From sequence record DRR723986_5789: a DNA stretch of 51,203 nucleotides. The stretch is one strand, 5' to 3'. The notes below the pieces were generated by a model. The model was not told the origin of the DNA. It ran no database searches and worked only from the letters and a program-made list of their open reading frames with translations. A program made the position numbers and the translations under genes. This document shows positions 24,243 through 34,960 of the stretch, piece by piece (position 1 is the stretch's first letter; every line of letters begins with the position of its first letter).

Positions 24243-25460
24243 ATGAATTATCGCATGCAGATTTGCCAATCGATTGGCGAGATCGCACAAGCTGAATGGA
24301 ATTCACTTGTGCGCAAATGCAATGCTGGTGTGCTACACCCAGCCCTACGCCATGAATACCTGCTGGCCCTAGAGGCCAGCGGAAGTGCCACAGCGGAAAC
24401 CGGTTGGGGTCCGCTGCATTTGGCCATCCATGGGGACGCCGGCGGGCTTCAAGCAGCGTTGCCCCTCTACTTGAAATCACATTCCTATGGCGAGTATGTT
24501 TTTGACTGGGCCTGGGCCCAGGCCTATGAACGCAATGGGCAACGTTATTACCCCAAGCTGCTTTCTGCAATACCATTTACCCCGGTTTTGGCACCCAAAG
24601 TGCTTCATGCCAGCCCAGAGGCAGGCAGAGCGATTGCCCAAGGTTTGGCACAATTGACCTGGCAGGCTGCCGAGAACACTGAACTATTGGGTGTGCAAAT
24701 CTCAACCCTGCATGCCTTGTTTTTAACCCAGCAAGATCAGGAATTTTTGCTGGGTGACTCCACCAGCCTGAATAACAGCAGCCGTCATGTGGTGCAATTT
24801 CACTGGAAAAATCAAAACCCGAACACGGGCGAACCGTTTCATGACTTTGATGAATTTTTGGAAAGTCTGAATCAGAAAAAGAGAAAAAACATTCGAGCCG
24901 AGCGACGCAAAGCCAATCCACAAGGATTGGAGATACGTCGTATTCGGGGCGCTGACGTCAGCGAAGCTGAACTGGAGTTTTTCTACCAGTGCTATTCCCG
25001 TACTTACATGGAGCACTTTTCCAGCCCTTATTTAAATCTTGAGTTTTTCAAGCAAATTTGTACAACCATGGGCGAGCAGATCTTGATCATTCAAGCCAGC
25101 CTGTTGGGTCAGCCTGTGGCCAGCTCGTTTTTTCTGTACAGCCAGGAACGTCTGTATGGCCGCTATTGGGGCGCTATTGAAAACCTGCCCTGCCTGCATT
25201 TTGAATTGTGTTACTACCAGGCGATTGATTTTGCCATTGAGCAGGGCATAGAGTGGTTTGAAGGCGGCGCGCAAGGTGAGCACAAAATGGCACGTGGCCT
25301 GAACCCGCAAACCATGGTGAGTGCACATTACGTGCACGACAACGGCTTCAAGTTGCCAATTGAAAACTTTTTACGCCGGGAAAAAGCACACCTGGACGCA
25401 TATGCAGTTGAGTTAAATGAACACACTGCTTTTCGGGAAAGTGGTTCAGGACAGCTGTAA
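24243..25460 (+). CDS. FemAB-like GNAT family protein (DUF482)
   Basis: YLKSHSYGEYVFDWAWA, YYPKL, PFTP, LYGRYWG, LHFELCYYQ and GAQGEHKMARG. Confidence 0.9.
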   Translation: MNYRMQICQSIGEIAQAEWNSLVRKCNAGVLHPALRHEYLLALEASGSATAETGWGPLHLAIHGDAGGLQAALPLYLKSHSYGEYVFDWAWAQAYERNGQRYYPKLLSAIPFTPVLAPKVLHASPEAGRAIAQGLAQLTWQAAENTELLGVQISTLHALFLTQQDQEFLLGDSTSLNNSSRHVVQFHWKNQNPNTGEPFHDFDEFLESLNQKKRKNIRAERRKANPQGLEIRRIRGADVSEAELEFFYQCYSRTYMEHFSSPYLNLEFFKQICTTMGEQILIIQASLLGQPVASSFFLYSQERLYGRYWGAIENLPCLHFELCYYQAIDFAIEQGIEWFEGGAQGEHKMARGLNPQTMVSAHYVHDNGFKLPIENFLRREKAHLDAYAVELNEHTAFRESGSGQL

Positions 25461-25488
25461 AAAAAGCCAACCCTCGGGTTGGCTTTTT
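25459..25488. terminator. Bidirectional intrinsic terminator
   Basis: AAAAAGCCAACC-CTCG-GGTTGGCTTTTT between convergent genes. Confidence 0.85.
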
Positions 25489-25508
25489 GGTGCTGTTTAG
25501 CTGCAATC

Positions 25509-26036
25509 TCAGCCTTTGTAGTTGGCCACACCGTCGCGAATTTCTTTTTCAACGTCCGCCATGTCACCCCAACCTTCTATTTTCACCCACTTGCCTTTTT
25601 CAAGGTCTTTGTAGTGTTCAAAGAAGTGCTGGATGCGTGCCAGAAATTCTTGAGGCACATCGGAAATGCTTTGATAGTGTTTGTACTGCGGCAACAGCTT
25701 TTCAACAGGAACGCCAAGCAACTTCGCATCACCGCCCGATTCATCGGTCATTTTCAACATGCCGATTGGACGAACACGCACCACGCAGCCAGGCTGCAAG
25801 GGGTATGGGGTCATGACCAATACGTCCACGGGGTCGCCATCGGCGGCCAGGGTTTGAGGAATGTAGCCGTAGTTGCAAGGATACTGCATGGACGTGCCCA
25901 CAAAACGGTCTACAAACAAGGCGCCGCTTTCCTTGTCAATTTCGTACTTCACAGGATCTGAGTTCGCCGCGATCTCGATGATTACGTTTACGTCGTTTGG
26001 AATGTCTTTACCGGGGGAAATGCTTTCGTAGCCCAT
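25509..26036 (-). CDS. ppa: Inorganic pyrophosphatase (family I)
   Basis: KYEIDK, YPCNYG, DGDPVDV and HFFEHYKDLE. Confidence 0.97.
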   Translation of the reverse strand: MGYESISPGKDIPNDVNVIIEIAANSDPVKYEIDKESGALFVDRFVGTSMQYPCNYGYIPQTLAADGDPVDVLVMTPYPLQPGCVVRVRPIGMLKMTDESGGDAKLLGVPVEKLLPQYKHYQSISDVPQEFLARIQHFFEHYKDLEKGKWVKIEGWGDMADVEKEIRDGVANYKG

Positions 26037-26086
26037 GCTGATTAATCCTTAAAATAAAATTTGGTCGTATTGTATCGAATATTGCT

Positions 26087-27277
26087 TTAAGCAAGCTGAC
26101 GGTCGTTCTGAAGGTGATTGTTCAATTTATCTCGCCAAGCTTTGGCCCGTTCACCCTGGTTGGCTGCCTCGTACAATCTTTCGAGCTTGCCCGCCACATG
26201 TGCGGAAGGCTGTTTGGCATACACCGCTTCAAACCTGGAAATCGCCTTGCCCCATAGTTGTTCGCGCTCGCACACATCAGCGGCCAACTCCAGCAAACGT
26301 AAATCAGCGGGCTGCTGGGCTAACAAGCGCTCAACATTCGGCAAAGCCTCTCTTGGCTCGAGAACAGCAACCTGATGATAGACAGGCAACAGATCTTTGT
26401 TATAGCTCTGATTAAGTGCATTCTCCAGCAATATGCGGGCTGCAGTGATCAAACCACTTCGAAGTAAACCAGTGGCTAGCATGCGCAACACAAATGAATT
26501 CTCAAGCTCGGAAGGCTTGGCGTTGGACAATACATCCTGCATTTTCGAAGCATCTTGACCGGCGCTTTCGGCCAAACCGGCATAAATTCTCATCAAGGCT
26601 TCATTTTTTTCACCATTGGTGAGCGCCGACACCTCTACACAGGCTCGGTACTGAATCAAGGCGTCTTGCCAACGGGCCAGGCCGATCAATGCCAGCATGC
26701 GCAATCGTTGAACCTGGGGAAGTTTCGCCGCCAGAGGGTCCATGGTCTCCAACATGTCCAAGGCACCCGAATAATCCTGTCTGGACAAAGCCACTTTGCC
26801 CCGCAACACCGTGAGTGCATGGGAATGCTCACCTACCTTGGCCTTTTCCTGATTGAGAATTTCTTCCGCAATGTCGTAACGGTCAGCCTGAATGGCAGAC
26901 ATGGCCCGAATCAGATAACTCAAATCAGTTTCAATTCCGGTTTTACTGGCTTGGTTCAAAGCTTTGTGAGCGCCCTGTTCGTCTCCAGTAATCAGGGCAA
27001 TCAACCCCTGTGTGTTGGCTCTCAACAGTGCATTTTGCTTGCGGTTCATCCAATACTCTTTGAATTTACCTGGAAGTTGACTGGATGCTCGCCATGCGCG
27101 CAGCAGGATATAAAAAACCAGAAAGAGCAGCAAAATAGCAACTATGGCAAAATTAAGCGACATATCGATCCGGTATTGACCAAAAAAGATCAGTACCTTC
27201 GACGCATTGCCCTGTGCCATCAAGGTGACTGCCACAGCCACCACAACGACCAGCAACAAACCGAGCAGTTGCTTCAT
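26087..27277 (-). CDS. hemY: HemY N-terminal-domain/TPR membrane protein
   Basis: Two N-terminal TM segments, YRIDMSLN, TPR-like helices and CEREQLWGKA. Follows hemX. Confidence 0.82.
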   Translation of the reverse strand: MKQLLGLLLVVVVAVAVTLMAQGNASKVLIFFGQYRIDMSLNFAIVAILLLFLVFYILLRAWRASSQLPGKFKEYWMNRKQNALLRANTQGLIALITGDEQGAHKALNQASKTGIETDLSYLIRAMSAIQADRYDIAEEILNQEKAKVGEHSHALTVLRGKVALSRQDYSGALDMLETMDPLAAKLPQVQRLRMLALIGLARWQDALIQYRACVEVSALTNGEKNEALMRIYAGLAESAGQDASKMQDVLSNAKPSELENSFVLRMLATGLLRSGLITAARILLENALNQSYNKDLLPVYHQVAVLEPREALPNVERLLAQQPADLRLLELAADVCEREQLWGKAISRFEAVYAKQPSAHVAGKLERLYEAANQGERAKAWRDKLNNHLQNDRQLA

Positions 27278-29253
27278 TGGCGTTCCCCTTGCTGCCCGGC
27301 CACAGCAAGCCTCAGGGCGGCTGAGGTGGCCTGCAACTCTGGCAACACCAAATCGAGTTGAACCTCGCCAATTTCAGCAAGCACAGTTTGCGCGCGTTGC
27401 ACCTGGATGGATTTGCTGTCGAAGTAGGTGTTCAACAAATCGCTGGATCGGTCCAAATCAGATTTCAGCAAAGTAGCCTGACGTGACAACAACGAGATCC
27501 GCGCATTTAGCAGGGATAAACGCAGCGTGTTGCGCAAATCAGTTTCCTGTCGGCTCGAGAGCATCAAGACCTCGGGACTGTCCACTTTAGTGACTTCAAT
27601 CAGTGACTTGATGTCGTACCAGACGGTTTGAGCCACTTTTTTAATGGAATTCCAGGCAGTCGCAAATGCCGGTTGAGTTCCATCGTTCGCGGAATCAAGT
27701 GCTTGTGATTCAGTCGCTGTCTCGGGCACCTCTTCCTCAGTTAACTGAGCCAAGGTTTGATCAGTGGTGGCTTGCACACTAGACAGCATGGGTAGGCTTT
27801 CCACTGAATTCACCACTGAATCAAGAGAAATGGCTAGTCGCAACAGATCATCACTGGGTAAAGCCTTGATCTCCGTCAAATCTTTTTCCAAGGCCGTACG
27901 AAGATTTAACAATGAAGGTTTCTCGGTACCCTCCAACAGATCTATGGCTTGGGACAAGGCGATGGATGCTCCCTTCACATTACCCAGCAAATACAACTGG
28001 CGCTTGGCGATCGATATCAACTGTTCGACCTCGCTCAGCGATACCTCAGTTCTGCTGGCCAACAAGCTGTTGTAGACCTCTTCCAGACTTGCACGTTGGC
28101 TGGCCTCCTCTTTTTGCGCAAGCTCCAAAAGGTCAAATCGGGTTTTCAGGTCCTTGGTCAAATCACTTGATTTGCTGATTTCCTCCTTCACCAAATCCAG
28201 TGTGGTGGATTCTTTTTGAATCCGTTCACCAAACGCCATGCGCGTTTTCTCAATTTGGTTCTTACCGGCAAAGGCAATCAAAAGTATCAGTACAAAACTG
28301 AGCACCGAAATGAAAAACGCTGCTTTACCCAACCATTGTCCATTGGGCTGGATAGCACTCGCAGAACCTGGTTTTGACTGGGCTGTGACCGCCGGTTGTT
28401 CATTGGCGGCAGGCGTGGCAGTGCTGGTTTGATTGTTGTTTTCCATGCTTTTCTTGTTAGATTTCAGCCATGAATTCACCGATTGTATCCCTGTTGCTAT
28501 CTCGACAACATGGGCATATCCCAATTCCCTGCATTTGGCCGCAATGCGAGGATGTGTAGTCAATACGGTGGCGGTTTGTCTCAAAATCTTAAATTCTGAT
28601 TCAGACTTTCGAGCCAGCTGCGAATCAAGTACCTCTATGGTCTCGCTGCTGGTGATCCAGAGTACTACATCGGACATTCGGGCGAAAAGAGCCTCGCACT
28701 GATCGTCGCTTTGTTCAATCACCTTGCGGTCATAGCATTCCAGCACCGTCACATCATGTTGCATTGCCTCAAGCTTCTTGGGAAATTCAACACGTCCCCT
28801 GGGACCTTTGCACACCATGACGCGGCAGCTACCCGCTTCAAAATGCGAGGCGAGCAAGCGCGCCAACCCCTCGGAATCCTCGGTTTCATGATTGTTTTCG
28901 AGAGTAGGTGCGATAATTTTGTTCTTGGGGACACCCAGATCCATGGCCAGCTTTGCACTTTGGCGCCCCATCACCCCGCAATACACTGAGTCTGGCCATT
29001 GCCCGAGCTGGGTCACCGCAATTTCCAGAACTGAAGGACTCACAAACACAACCAAATGATTGGGTTTGTCCGTGTCTGCGTCCAGCCATGCCCGAATAGT
29101 CGCGAGGGACGCCAAATCAGGCACCAATTCAAAGACCGGGAAATACATCACATGGCCCAAATTCATTTGATCTAGCTGACGCTTTAAATCAACGCGCTGA
29201 GTCAGATACTGATCGGGCAACTTGGGTTTGCAAACGACCAAAGTGTGAGTCAT
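27274..29253 (-). CDS. hemDX: Fused uroporphyrinogen-III synthase HemD / HemX membrane protein
   Basis: N-terminal HemD features (VFVSPS, EDSEGL, ECYDR, WITSSE, HPRIA), a TM helix, then HemX coiled coil (LRLSLLNARISLLSR, YFD). Confidence 0.85.
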   Translation of the reverse strand: MTHTLVVCKPKLPDQYLTQRVDLKRQLDQMNLGHVMYFPVFELVPDLASLATIRAWLDADTDKPNHLVVFVSPSVLEIAVTQLGQWPDSVYCGVMGRQSAKLAMDLGVPKNKIIAPTLENNHETEDSEGLARLLASHFEAGSCRVMVCKGPRGRVEFPKKLEAMQHDVTVLECYDRKVIEQSDDQCEALFARMSDVVLWITSSETIEVLDSQLARKSESEFKILRQTATVLTTHPRIAAKCRELGYAHVVEIATGIQSVNSWLKSNKKSMENNNQTSTATPAANEQPAVTAQSKPGSASAIQPNGQWLGKAAFFISVLSFVLILLIAFAGKNQIEKTRMAFGERIQKESTTLDLVKEEISKSSDLTKDLKTRFDLLELAQKEEASQRASLEEVYNSLLASRTEVSLSEVEQLISIAKRQLYLLGNVKGASIALSQAIDLLEGTEKPSLLNLRTALEKDLTEIKALPSDDLLRLAISLDSVVNSVESLPMLSSVQATTDQTLAQLTEEEVPETATESQALDSANDGTQPAFATAWNSIKKVAQTVWYDIKSLIEVTKVDSPEVLMLSSRQETDLRNTLRLSLLNARISLLSRQATLLKSDLDRSSDLLNTYFDSKSIQVQRAQTVLAEIGEVQLDLVLPELQATSAALRLAVAGQQGERQ

Positions 29254-29262
29254 GTCGGCGAG

Positions 29263-30195
29263 TTATCCTTTAAATTGTTGAACAGCCGATTCAATTAGAG
29301 CCTGTGCGCCCTCTTCTAATAAACCTTCAATTACTAAGTTTGCAGCCGTTTGCCAGTCATGCAAGCCAGCCTGTGCACTTTTCTCGATCACAGCTTTGCC
29401 ATCTGGGCTGGCCACCAGGCCTCGCAACGTGAAAGTATGCGCATCGTTCAATGTTGCATAGCCAGCAATGGGCACTTGGCAACTGCCACCGAGCGCTTTG
29501 GACACTGAACGCTCCGCACTTACCAAGGCGGTACACACCGGGTCGATTAGCGGCTTCACCAACTCGGCCAATTGTGAATCACCAGCGCGAATTTCCAGAC
29601 CCAAGGCGCCCTGACCCACCGCGGGCAGCATATCGTTTGAGTCAATGACGTTCCGAATGCGCTTGTGCAAGCCCAAGCGCTTCAACCCCGCAGCAGCCAA
29701 GACAATGGCTTGAAATTGGCCCGAATCCAGTTTGCCCAGTCGGGTATCCAGATTGCCGCGCAACGGCTCGACTTTCAAATGCGGATAACGTGCCAAAACC
29801 TGGGCTTGCCTGCGCAGGCTGGAGCTACCGACTACAGCACCCGAAGGCAAATCAGCCAGGCTGGCATAGTCATTGGACACAAATGCATCGTGTGGGTCCT
29901 CGCGGGTCATAAAACCGAGTAGTTGAAACTCAGGATCCACGTCCATCGGAATATCCTTGCCAGAATGAACGGCCAAATCGGCCCTGCCTTCGAGCAACGC
30001 GTACTCCAACTCTTTGATAAAGAGTCCTTTCCCGCCAATTTTTGCAAGTGAGCGGTCCAGAATCTGGTCACCTTTGGTGGTCATGCCCACAATTTCGACG
30101 CCAGAAACCCCAGGCAGGGCCAACAACAGGTCTCGAACATGTTCAGCCTGCCACATGGCCAAGCGACTTTCCCTTGATGCAATTCTTATTTTCAT
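29263..30195 (-). CDS. hemC: Hydroxymethylbilane synthase
   Basis: IRIASRESRLAMWQA, GGKGLFIKELE, SSLRR, LRGNLDTRL and LGGSCQVPI. Confidence 0.97.
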   Translation of the reverse strand: MKIRIASRESRLAMWQAEHVRDLLLALPGVSGVEIVGMTTKGDQILDRSLAKIGGKGLFIKELEYALLEGRADLAVHSGKDIPMDVDPEFQLLGFMTREDPHDAFVSNDYASLADLPSGAVVGSSSLRRQAQVLARYPHLKVEPLRGNLDTRLGKLDSGQFQAIVLAAAGLKRLGLHKRIRNVIDSNDMLPAVGQGALGLEIRAGDSQLAELVKPLIDPVCTALVSAERSVSKALGGSCQVPIAGYATLNDAHTFTLRGLVASPDGKAVIEKSAQAGLHDWQTAANLVIEGLLEEGAQALIESAVQQFKG

Positions 30196-30344
30196 TCAGT
30201 GTGACGACGCGGCTGGTCGCGATTCGATGGATAAATTTCAATCAATTCCCCACGGCAAGACCGTGAGAAGGCGTTCATGACGAAAGTCTAGCACGGCAAC
30301 CCCTTATAATTAGGCCCTGTTCCAAAGTGCATAAAGGATTACCC

Positions 30345-31769
30345 ATGTCGAACCAATGGTCCAAAAAACAGGAAGCTTGGTCAGCCCGATTCAATGAACC
30401 CATGTCCGAGCTGGTCAAACGCTACACCGCGTCCGTGTTTTTTGACAAACGGCTGGCCGAGTTCGACATTCAAGGCTCACTGGCACACGCCACCATGCTT
30501 GCAGAGTCAAATGTAATTTCGACAACAGATCTTCAGGCGATTCAAGGCGGCATGTCCAAAATCCTGGATGAGATCAAGTCGGGACAATTCACCTGGCAAC
30601 TGGATCTTGAAGACGTGCACTTGAACATCGAGCGCAGGCTGACCGAATTGGTAGGTGACGCCGGGAAACGCCTGCACACCGGTCGTTCTCGCAATGATCA
30701 GGTGGCGACAGACATTCGTCTGTTTCTGCGCCACGAGGTGGATCGCATTCAGGGATTACTCAAGGCGTTGATCAATGCACTGCTAACCGTGGCGGAACGC
30801 AACCATGACACCGTGATGCCCGGTTTTACCCACTTACAGGTGGCACAACCCGTTACTTTTGGGCATCACTTGCTGGCTTATGCAGAAATGTTTGAACGTG
30901 ACCTCGAACGGATGCACGATTGCCGCAAGCGAATCAACAGGTTGCCTTTGGGCGCAGCGGCACTTGCCGGTACCACTTTCCCCATCAACCGCAATCGAAC
31001 GGCTGAACTGCTCGGGTTTGATGCACCAACTCGCAACAGTCTCGATTCCGTTTCAGACCGAGATTTTGCAATTGAATTCTGCTCGGCCAGCAGCATCTTG
31101 ATGATGCACGTGTCGCGCCTGTCTGAAGAATTGATTATCTGGATGAGCCAACGGTATGCGTTTATCGACCTGCCCGATCGCTTCTGCACCGGTTCGTCCA
31201 TCATGCCACAAAAGAAAAACCCGGATGTGCCGGAACTTGCGCGCGGCAAAACAGGCCGTGTTTATGGACACCTGATGGGCCTGCTGACCTTGATGAAAGG
31301 CCAGCCACTGGCCTACAACAAAGACAACCAGGAAGACAAAGAACCCCTGTTCGATACGGTTGATACAGTGGTCGACACACTCACGATTTTTGCCGAGATG
31401 GTCGAGGGCATCCAAGTGAAGGCTGAAAATATGCGTGTGGCTACACTGGAAGGCTATGCGACAGCCACGGACCTGGCCGATGCCTTGGTCAAGCGCGGCA
31501 TGCCCTTCCGCGATGCGCACGAGGCAGTTGCTCGTGCGGTGCGCTACTGCGATACCCAGCAGTGTGGCTTGGAGGCTTTGACAGTGGTTCAACTGCAAGA
31601 GGCACTGAAACTGACCGAGTTGGGCTACAGCGACGATTTGGTGGATCAAGAATTGTGTGCGGTACTCACACTCGAAGGCTCGCTACAGGCACGCAACCAC
31701 ATCGGAGGCACCAACCCGGGTCAGGTCTTGGCCGCCGCAGCTGAAGCCCGTCAACGGCTGGGTTTGTAA
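30345..31769 (+). CDS. argH: Argininosuccinate lyase
   Basis: [34 protein letters not shown] and [13 protein letters not shown] 30345 after AAGGA. Confidence 0.97.
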   Translation: MSNQWSKKQEAWSARFNEPMSELVKRYTASVFFDKRLAEFDIQGSLAHATMLAESNVISTTDLQAIQGGMSKILDEIKSGQFTWQLDLEDVHLNIERRLTELVGDAGKRLHTGRSRNDQVATDIRLFLRHEVDRIQGLLKALINALLTVAERNHDTVMPGFTHLQVAQPVTFGHHLLAYAEMFERDLERMHDCRKRINRLPLGAAALAGTTFPINRNRTAELLGFDAPTRNSLDSVSDRDFAIEFCSASSILMMHVSRLSEELIIWMSQRYAFIDLPDRFCTGSSIMPQKKNPDVPELARGKTGRVYGHLMGLLTLMKGQPLAYNKDNQEDKEPLFDTVDTVVDTLTIFAEMVEGIQVKAENMRVATLEGYATATDLADALVKRGMPFRDAHEAVARAVRYCDTQQCGLEALTVVQLQEALKLTELGYSDDLVDQELCAVLTLEGSLQARNHIGGTNPGQVLAAAAEARQRLGL

Positions 31770-31771
31770 AC

Positions 31772-32290
31772 TTGAAAGTGTTGCTGGCCATATCCGATTG
31801 CATTGACCGCCTGAACGTCAGGCTGGGCCTTGCTGTGGGTTGGTTGATATTAATCACAACGCTAGTATCAGCCTACAACGCTTTGGTGCGAAAGGTTTTT
31901 GACACAAGCAGCAATGGCTTGCTTGAAATTCAGTGGTACTTGTTTGGCGCTGTGTTTTTACTGGGGGCCGCTTACACTTTGCAACAAAATGCACATGTGC
32001 GGATCGACGTGCTGTCAAACCGGTTTTCTGCATCAGCGCGCGCATGGGTCGATATTCTGGGACATGTTCTTTTTACCCTGCCTTTAATTGGCTTTATTTT
32101 GGTCTCAGGTTGGGACTTCGCCTACGAGTCGTTTCGAATCAATGAATACTCGGCTGACCCAGGCGGTTTGATTCGCTGGCCGGCCAAGGCATTGATTGTT
32201 GTGGGTTTCGCGCTGCTTGGCTTGCAAGTGTGCTCTGAAATCATCAAGAAAATAGCAATACTCAAGGGACATTCAGCACCATGCCAATAA
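31772..32290 (+). CDS. TRAP transporter small permease (DctQ)
   Basis: Four TM segments, EIQWYLFGAVFLLGAAYTL, HVRID and GGLIRWP. Confidence 0.9.
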   Translation: MKVLLAISDCIDRLNVRLGLAVGWLILITTLVSAYNALVRKVFDTSSNGLLEIQWYLFGAVFLLGAAYTLQQNAHVRIDVLSNRFSASARAWVDILGHVLFTLPLIGFILVSGWDFAYESFRINEYSADPGGLIRWPAKALIVVGFALLGLQVCSEIIKKIAILKGHSAPCQ

Positions 32291-33729
32291 TTCCGGTTGA
32301 ATGGTTGGCGCCTCTGATGTTTGCTGTCTTGCTGTTGTTCATGGTTAGCGGCTTTCCTGTCGCATTCGCCCTGGCTGCAAACGGACTACTTTTTGGCTAC
32401 ATCGCGATTGAGCAAGGGTTAATGAGCGTGGCCTTGCTACAAGCGCTTCCCGACCGAATATTCGGAATCATGAGCAACGAGACCCTGCTCGCGATTCCAT
32501 TTTTCACCTTCATGGGCCTGGTGCTTGAACGCAGCGGTATGGCCGAAGACCTGCTGGAAACCATCGGCCAATTGTTTGGCCGAGTGCGTGGTGGTTTGGC
32601 CTACGCAGTGATATTGGTGGGTGCTTTGTTGGCTGCCACCACTGGCGTAGTGGCCGCTTCGGTCATATCCATGGGGCTTATCTCATTGCCCATCATGCTG
32701 AAGTATGGTTACAGCCAATCGGTGTCTACTGGTGTTATCGCCGCTTCGGGCACGTTGGCACAAATTATTCCACCGTCGCTGGTATTGATTGTCATGGCCG
32801 ATCAATTGGGAGTATCGGTGGGAGCCATGTACCAAGGGGCACTAATTCCAGCGTTGTTGCTGGTGCTTTTTTACATCGCCTATGTGTTTGTCATTACTTG
32901 GTTTCAAAAAAATGCCCTCCCCGCTTTGCCACCAGAGGCTTGCTACATCGGCCAGAGCAACTCGGGCATGCGAATACTGAAAGCGGTGGTGTTTGTGCTG
33001 ATGCCCCCTTTGGCTTTGGTATTTCTGGTGTTGGGCACCATTTTTCTGGGCATTGCCACGCCCACCGAGGGCGGTGCCATGGGTGCTGTGGGTGCTTTAC
33101 TGATCGCCGCATCCAAGAAACGGTTGACTCTGGATTTACTGAAACAATCCATTGATTCCACGACCAAACTTTCCTGCTTTGTGTTGTTTATTTTGATCGG
33201 CTCTACCGTATTTGGCCTTACGTTCCGAGCCGTAGAAGGAGACCTGTGGGTAGAACAACTGATGGGTGATTTGCCGGGCGGTGAACTTGGGTTCCTGATT
33301 GCTGTACAAATCCTGATTTTTGTATTGGGGTTTTTTCTGGATTTCTTTGAAATCGCGTTTATCGTAATTCCGTTGCTTGTACCAGTGGCTGACAAACTGG
33401 GCGTTGACCTGGTGTGGTTCGGTGTCATGATTGCCATGAACATGCAAACCTCCTTCCTGACTCCACCATTCGGCTTCTCGCTGTTCTACCTGAAATCTGT
33501 CACACCCAAAGTAGTCAAAACCATTGAAATTTATAAAGGATCTTTGCCGTTTATTGCCTTACAGTTACTGATGGTCATACTTATCTTTGCCTTTCCCCAG
33601 CTGGTGAGCCAAGACGAAAAAGTAAAATACCAAGACAGCCCGTTGCAATTAGACCTGCCCCCGCAAAATTATGGGGGTGAAAGCGATCCAGCCGGGCAGC
33701 AACCATTTGTTCCCAGTTTTAGTGAATAG
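32281..33729 (+). CDS. TRAP transporter large permease (DctM)
   Basis: LLAIPFF, GTLAQIIPPS, GIATPTE and QTSFLTPPFG. Highly hydrophobic. Confidence 0.92.
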   Translation: MPIIPVEWLAPLMFAVLLLFMVSGFPVAFALAANGLLFGYIAIEQGLMSVALLQALPDRIFGIMSNETLLAIPFFTFMGLVLERSGMAEDLLETIGQLFGRVRGGLAYAVILVGALLAATTGVVAASVISMGLISLPIMLKYGYSQSVSTGVIAASGTLAQIIPPSLVLIVMADQLGVSVGAMYQGALIPALLLVLFYIAYVFVITWFQKNALPALPPEACYIGQSNSGMRILKAVVFVLMPPLALVFLVLGTIFLGIATPTEGGAMGAVGALLIAASKKRLTLDLLKQSIDSTTKLSCFVLFILIGSTVFGLTFRAVEGDLWVEQLMGDLPGGELGFLIAVQILIFVLGFFLDFFEIAFIVIPLLVPVADKLGVDLVWFGVMIAMNMQTSFLTPPFGFSLFYLKSVTPKVVKTIEIYKGSLPFIALQLLMVILIFAFPQLVSQDEKVKYQDSPLQLDLPPQNYGGESDPAGQQPFVPSFSE

Positions 33730-33784
33730 TCGACTTGCGACTGGGCCAGTCCAAGCGTTCGCAAGTCGCACCTGAACTACACAA

Positions 33785-34960
33785 CTAGCCAGTTCTCTTT
33801 GAACCGAGAGTTACAACGTCGACCTTGTTTGAAATTCTATCTGCGAGTTCAAGCACAAATACCGTGCCTCCTTCTTTGACATTGCACATGGATAAATTCC
33901 ATTCCATTTCCTGACACAGGCGCTTGACCACATACAAACCAATACCGGTTTTAGGAAGGTCGCTGCCAAAGGTTGAGTACCTTGCCGCCTTTTGCTGCAG
34001 TAGGTCCTCTTGCAGGCCTGGGCCGGAGTCTCTGACCGTGAACCTGTGAATGCCCCCATGACGTCGATAAGAGAAAGCAACACCGCCTTCAAGCGTGTGC
34101 TCCACTGCGTTAAACACCAAGTTTCCCATGACACGCTTTAATCGACGTGTGTCGGTGTGAATCAAGTACTCCTCGACATCCACGTCGAAAGTCAGCCCTT
34201 TGGTTTCAGCCAATTGCCCCATCCAACCCTCAAGCGACTTGCAAAGTTCGGTACTGGAAATGCTGTCGATTCGTTTCTCGCGTTGCTCACCCAGTTCGAG
34301 TCGGGTGGCCTCCAGCATGTTCTCCGCCAGATCATGAAGCCACCTTTGACAACTGGTCATTTGGCGAATCACCTGATTGGATGCGGCATGTTGATGCAAG
34401 GTATCCAGCGAGGGATGACCCACCAGTAAACCCAGTGCGTGCAAGGGTTGGCGCATGTCGTGTTGAACACCAGCCAACCAGCGTAACCGGTCTTTCCATT
34501 CACTTAACACGGCGTGCTTGGCGTTGCGCCAGCGACCTTGCTGGATTCGCCGGTTTTGAATGCGTTGTTTTGCAATGCTGTATCTATGCTGCCTTTCCAG
34601 CAAAACTGCCAATAGAGTGAATGGTGACACCCAACACAGAACGGCAAAGCTCAAGTGCTGCCAACTCAATGACAACACCCACCCACCAAAAGCAGACGCA
34701 AAGACCAAAAACCAGAGTTTTTCGGTTGGCGGTGCTCGGAAAGCACGCCTGCAGGAAACCTTGGCATTGAGAAGACACCCACTGATGAAAGCGATGTAAG
34801 CCAACTGGGATTGAGCGCCAGAGTCCAACCCCAATAGCTGAAAAGACAAAGGCAACAAACACAGGGAAGCGAGCAGGCAGGCATCGTAGTGTTGCTGAAC
34901 CCATGCACTCAGCCGATTGATTTGTCTCATGGAGTTCAGCTTAATCGGAATAAACCTCAT
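33785..34960 (-). CDS. Membrane-bound sensor histidine kinase; start 34960 or 34930
   Basis: About 4 N-terminal TM segments, H-box HDMRQPL, N-box GNLVFNA, G1 DSGPG and G2 GIGL. Confidence 0.85.
   Translation of the reverse strand: MRFIPIKLNSMRQINRLSAWVQQHYDACLLASLCLLPLSFQLLGLDSGAQSQLAYIAFISGCLLNAKVSCRRAFRAPPTEKLWFLVFASAFGGWVLSLSWQHLSFAVLCWVSPFTLLAVLLERQHRYSIAKQRIQNRRIQQGRWRNAKHAVLSEWKDRLRWLAGVQHDMRQPLHALGLLVGHPSLDTLHQHAASNQVIRQMTSCQRWLHDLAENMLEATRLELGEQREKRIDSISSTELCKSLEGWMGQLAETKGLTFDVDVEEYLIHTDTRRLKRVMGNLVFNAVEHTLEGGVAFSYRRHGGIHRFTVRDSGPGLQEDLLQQKAARYSTFGSDLPKTGIGLYVVKRLCQEMEWNLSMCNVKEGGTVFVLELADRISNKVDVVTLGSKRTG

Noticed and set aside
26555..27361. 268-aa plus-strand ORF and similar antisense ORFs throughout the window
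   Set aside because: They lie opposite well-supported genes such as hemY. These are codon-bias shadows.
27274..29253. HemD-HemX fusion as a novelty
   Set aside because: This fusion is already well known in Burkholderiales.
30228..30241. FNR-like TGGAT-AAAT-TTCAA upstream of hemC
   Set aside because: Two mismatches to consensus in an AT-rich spacer, so compatible with chance.
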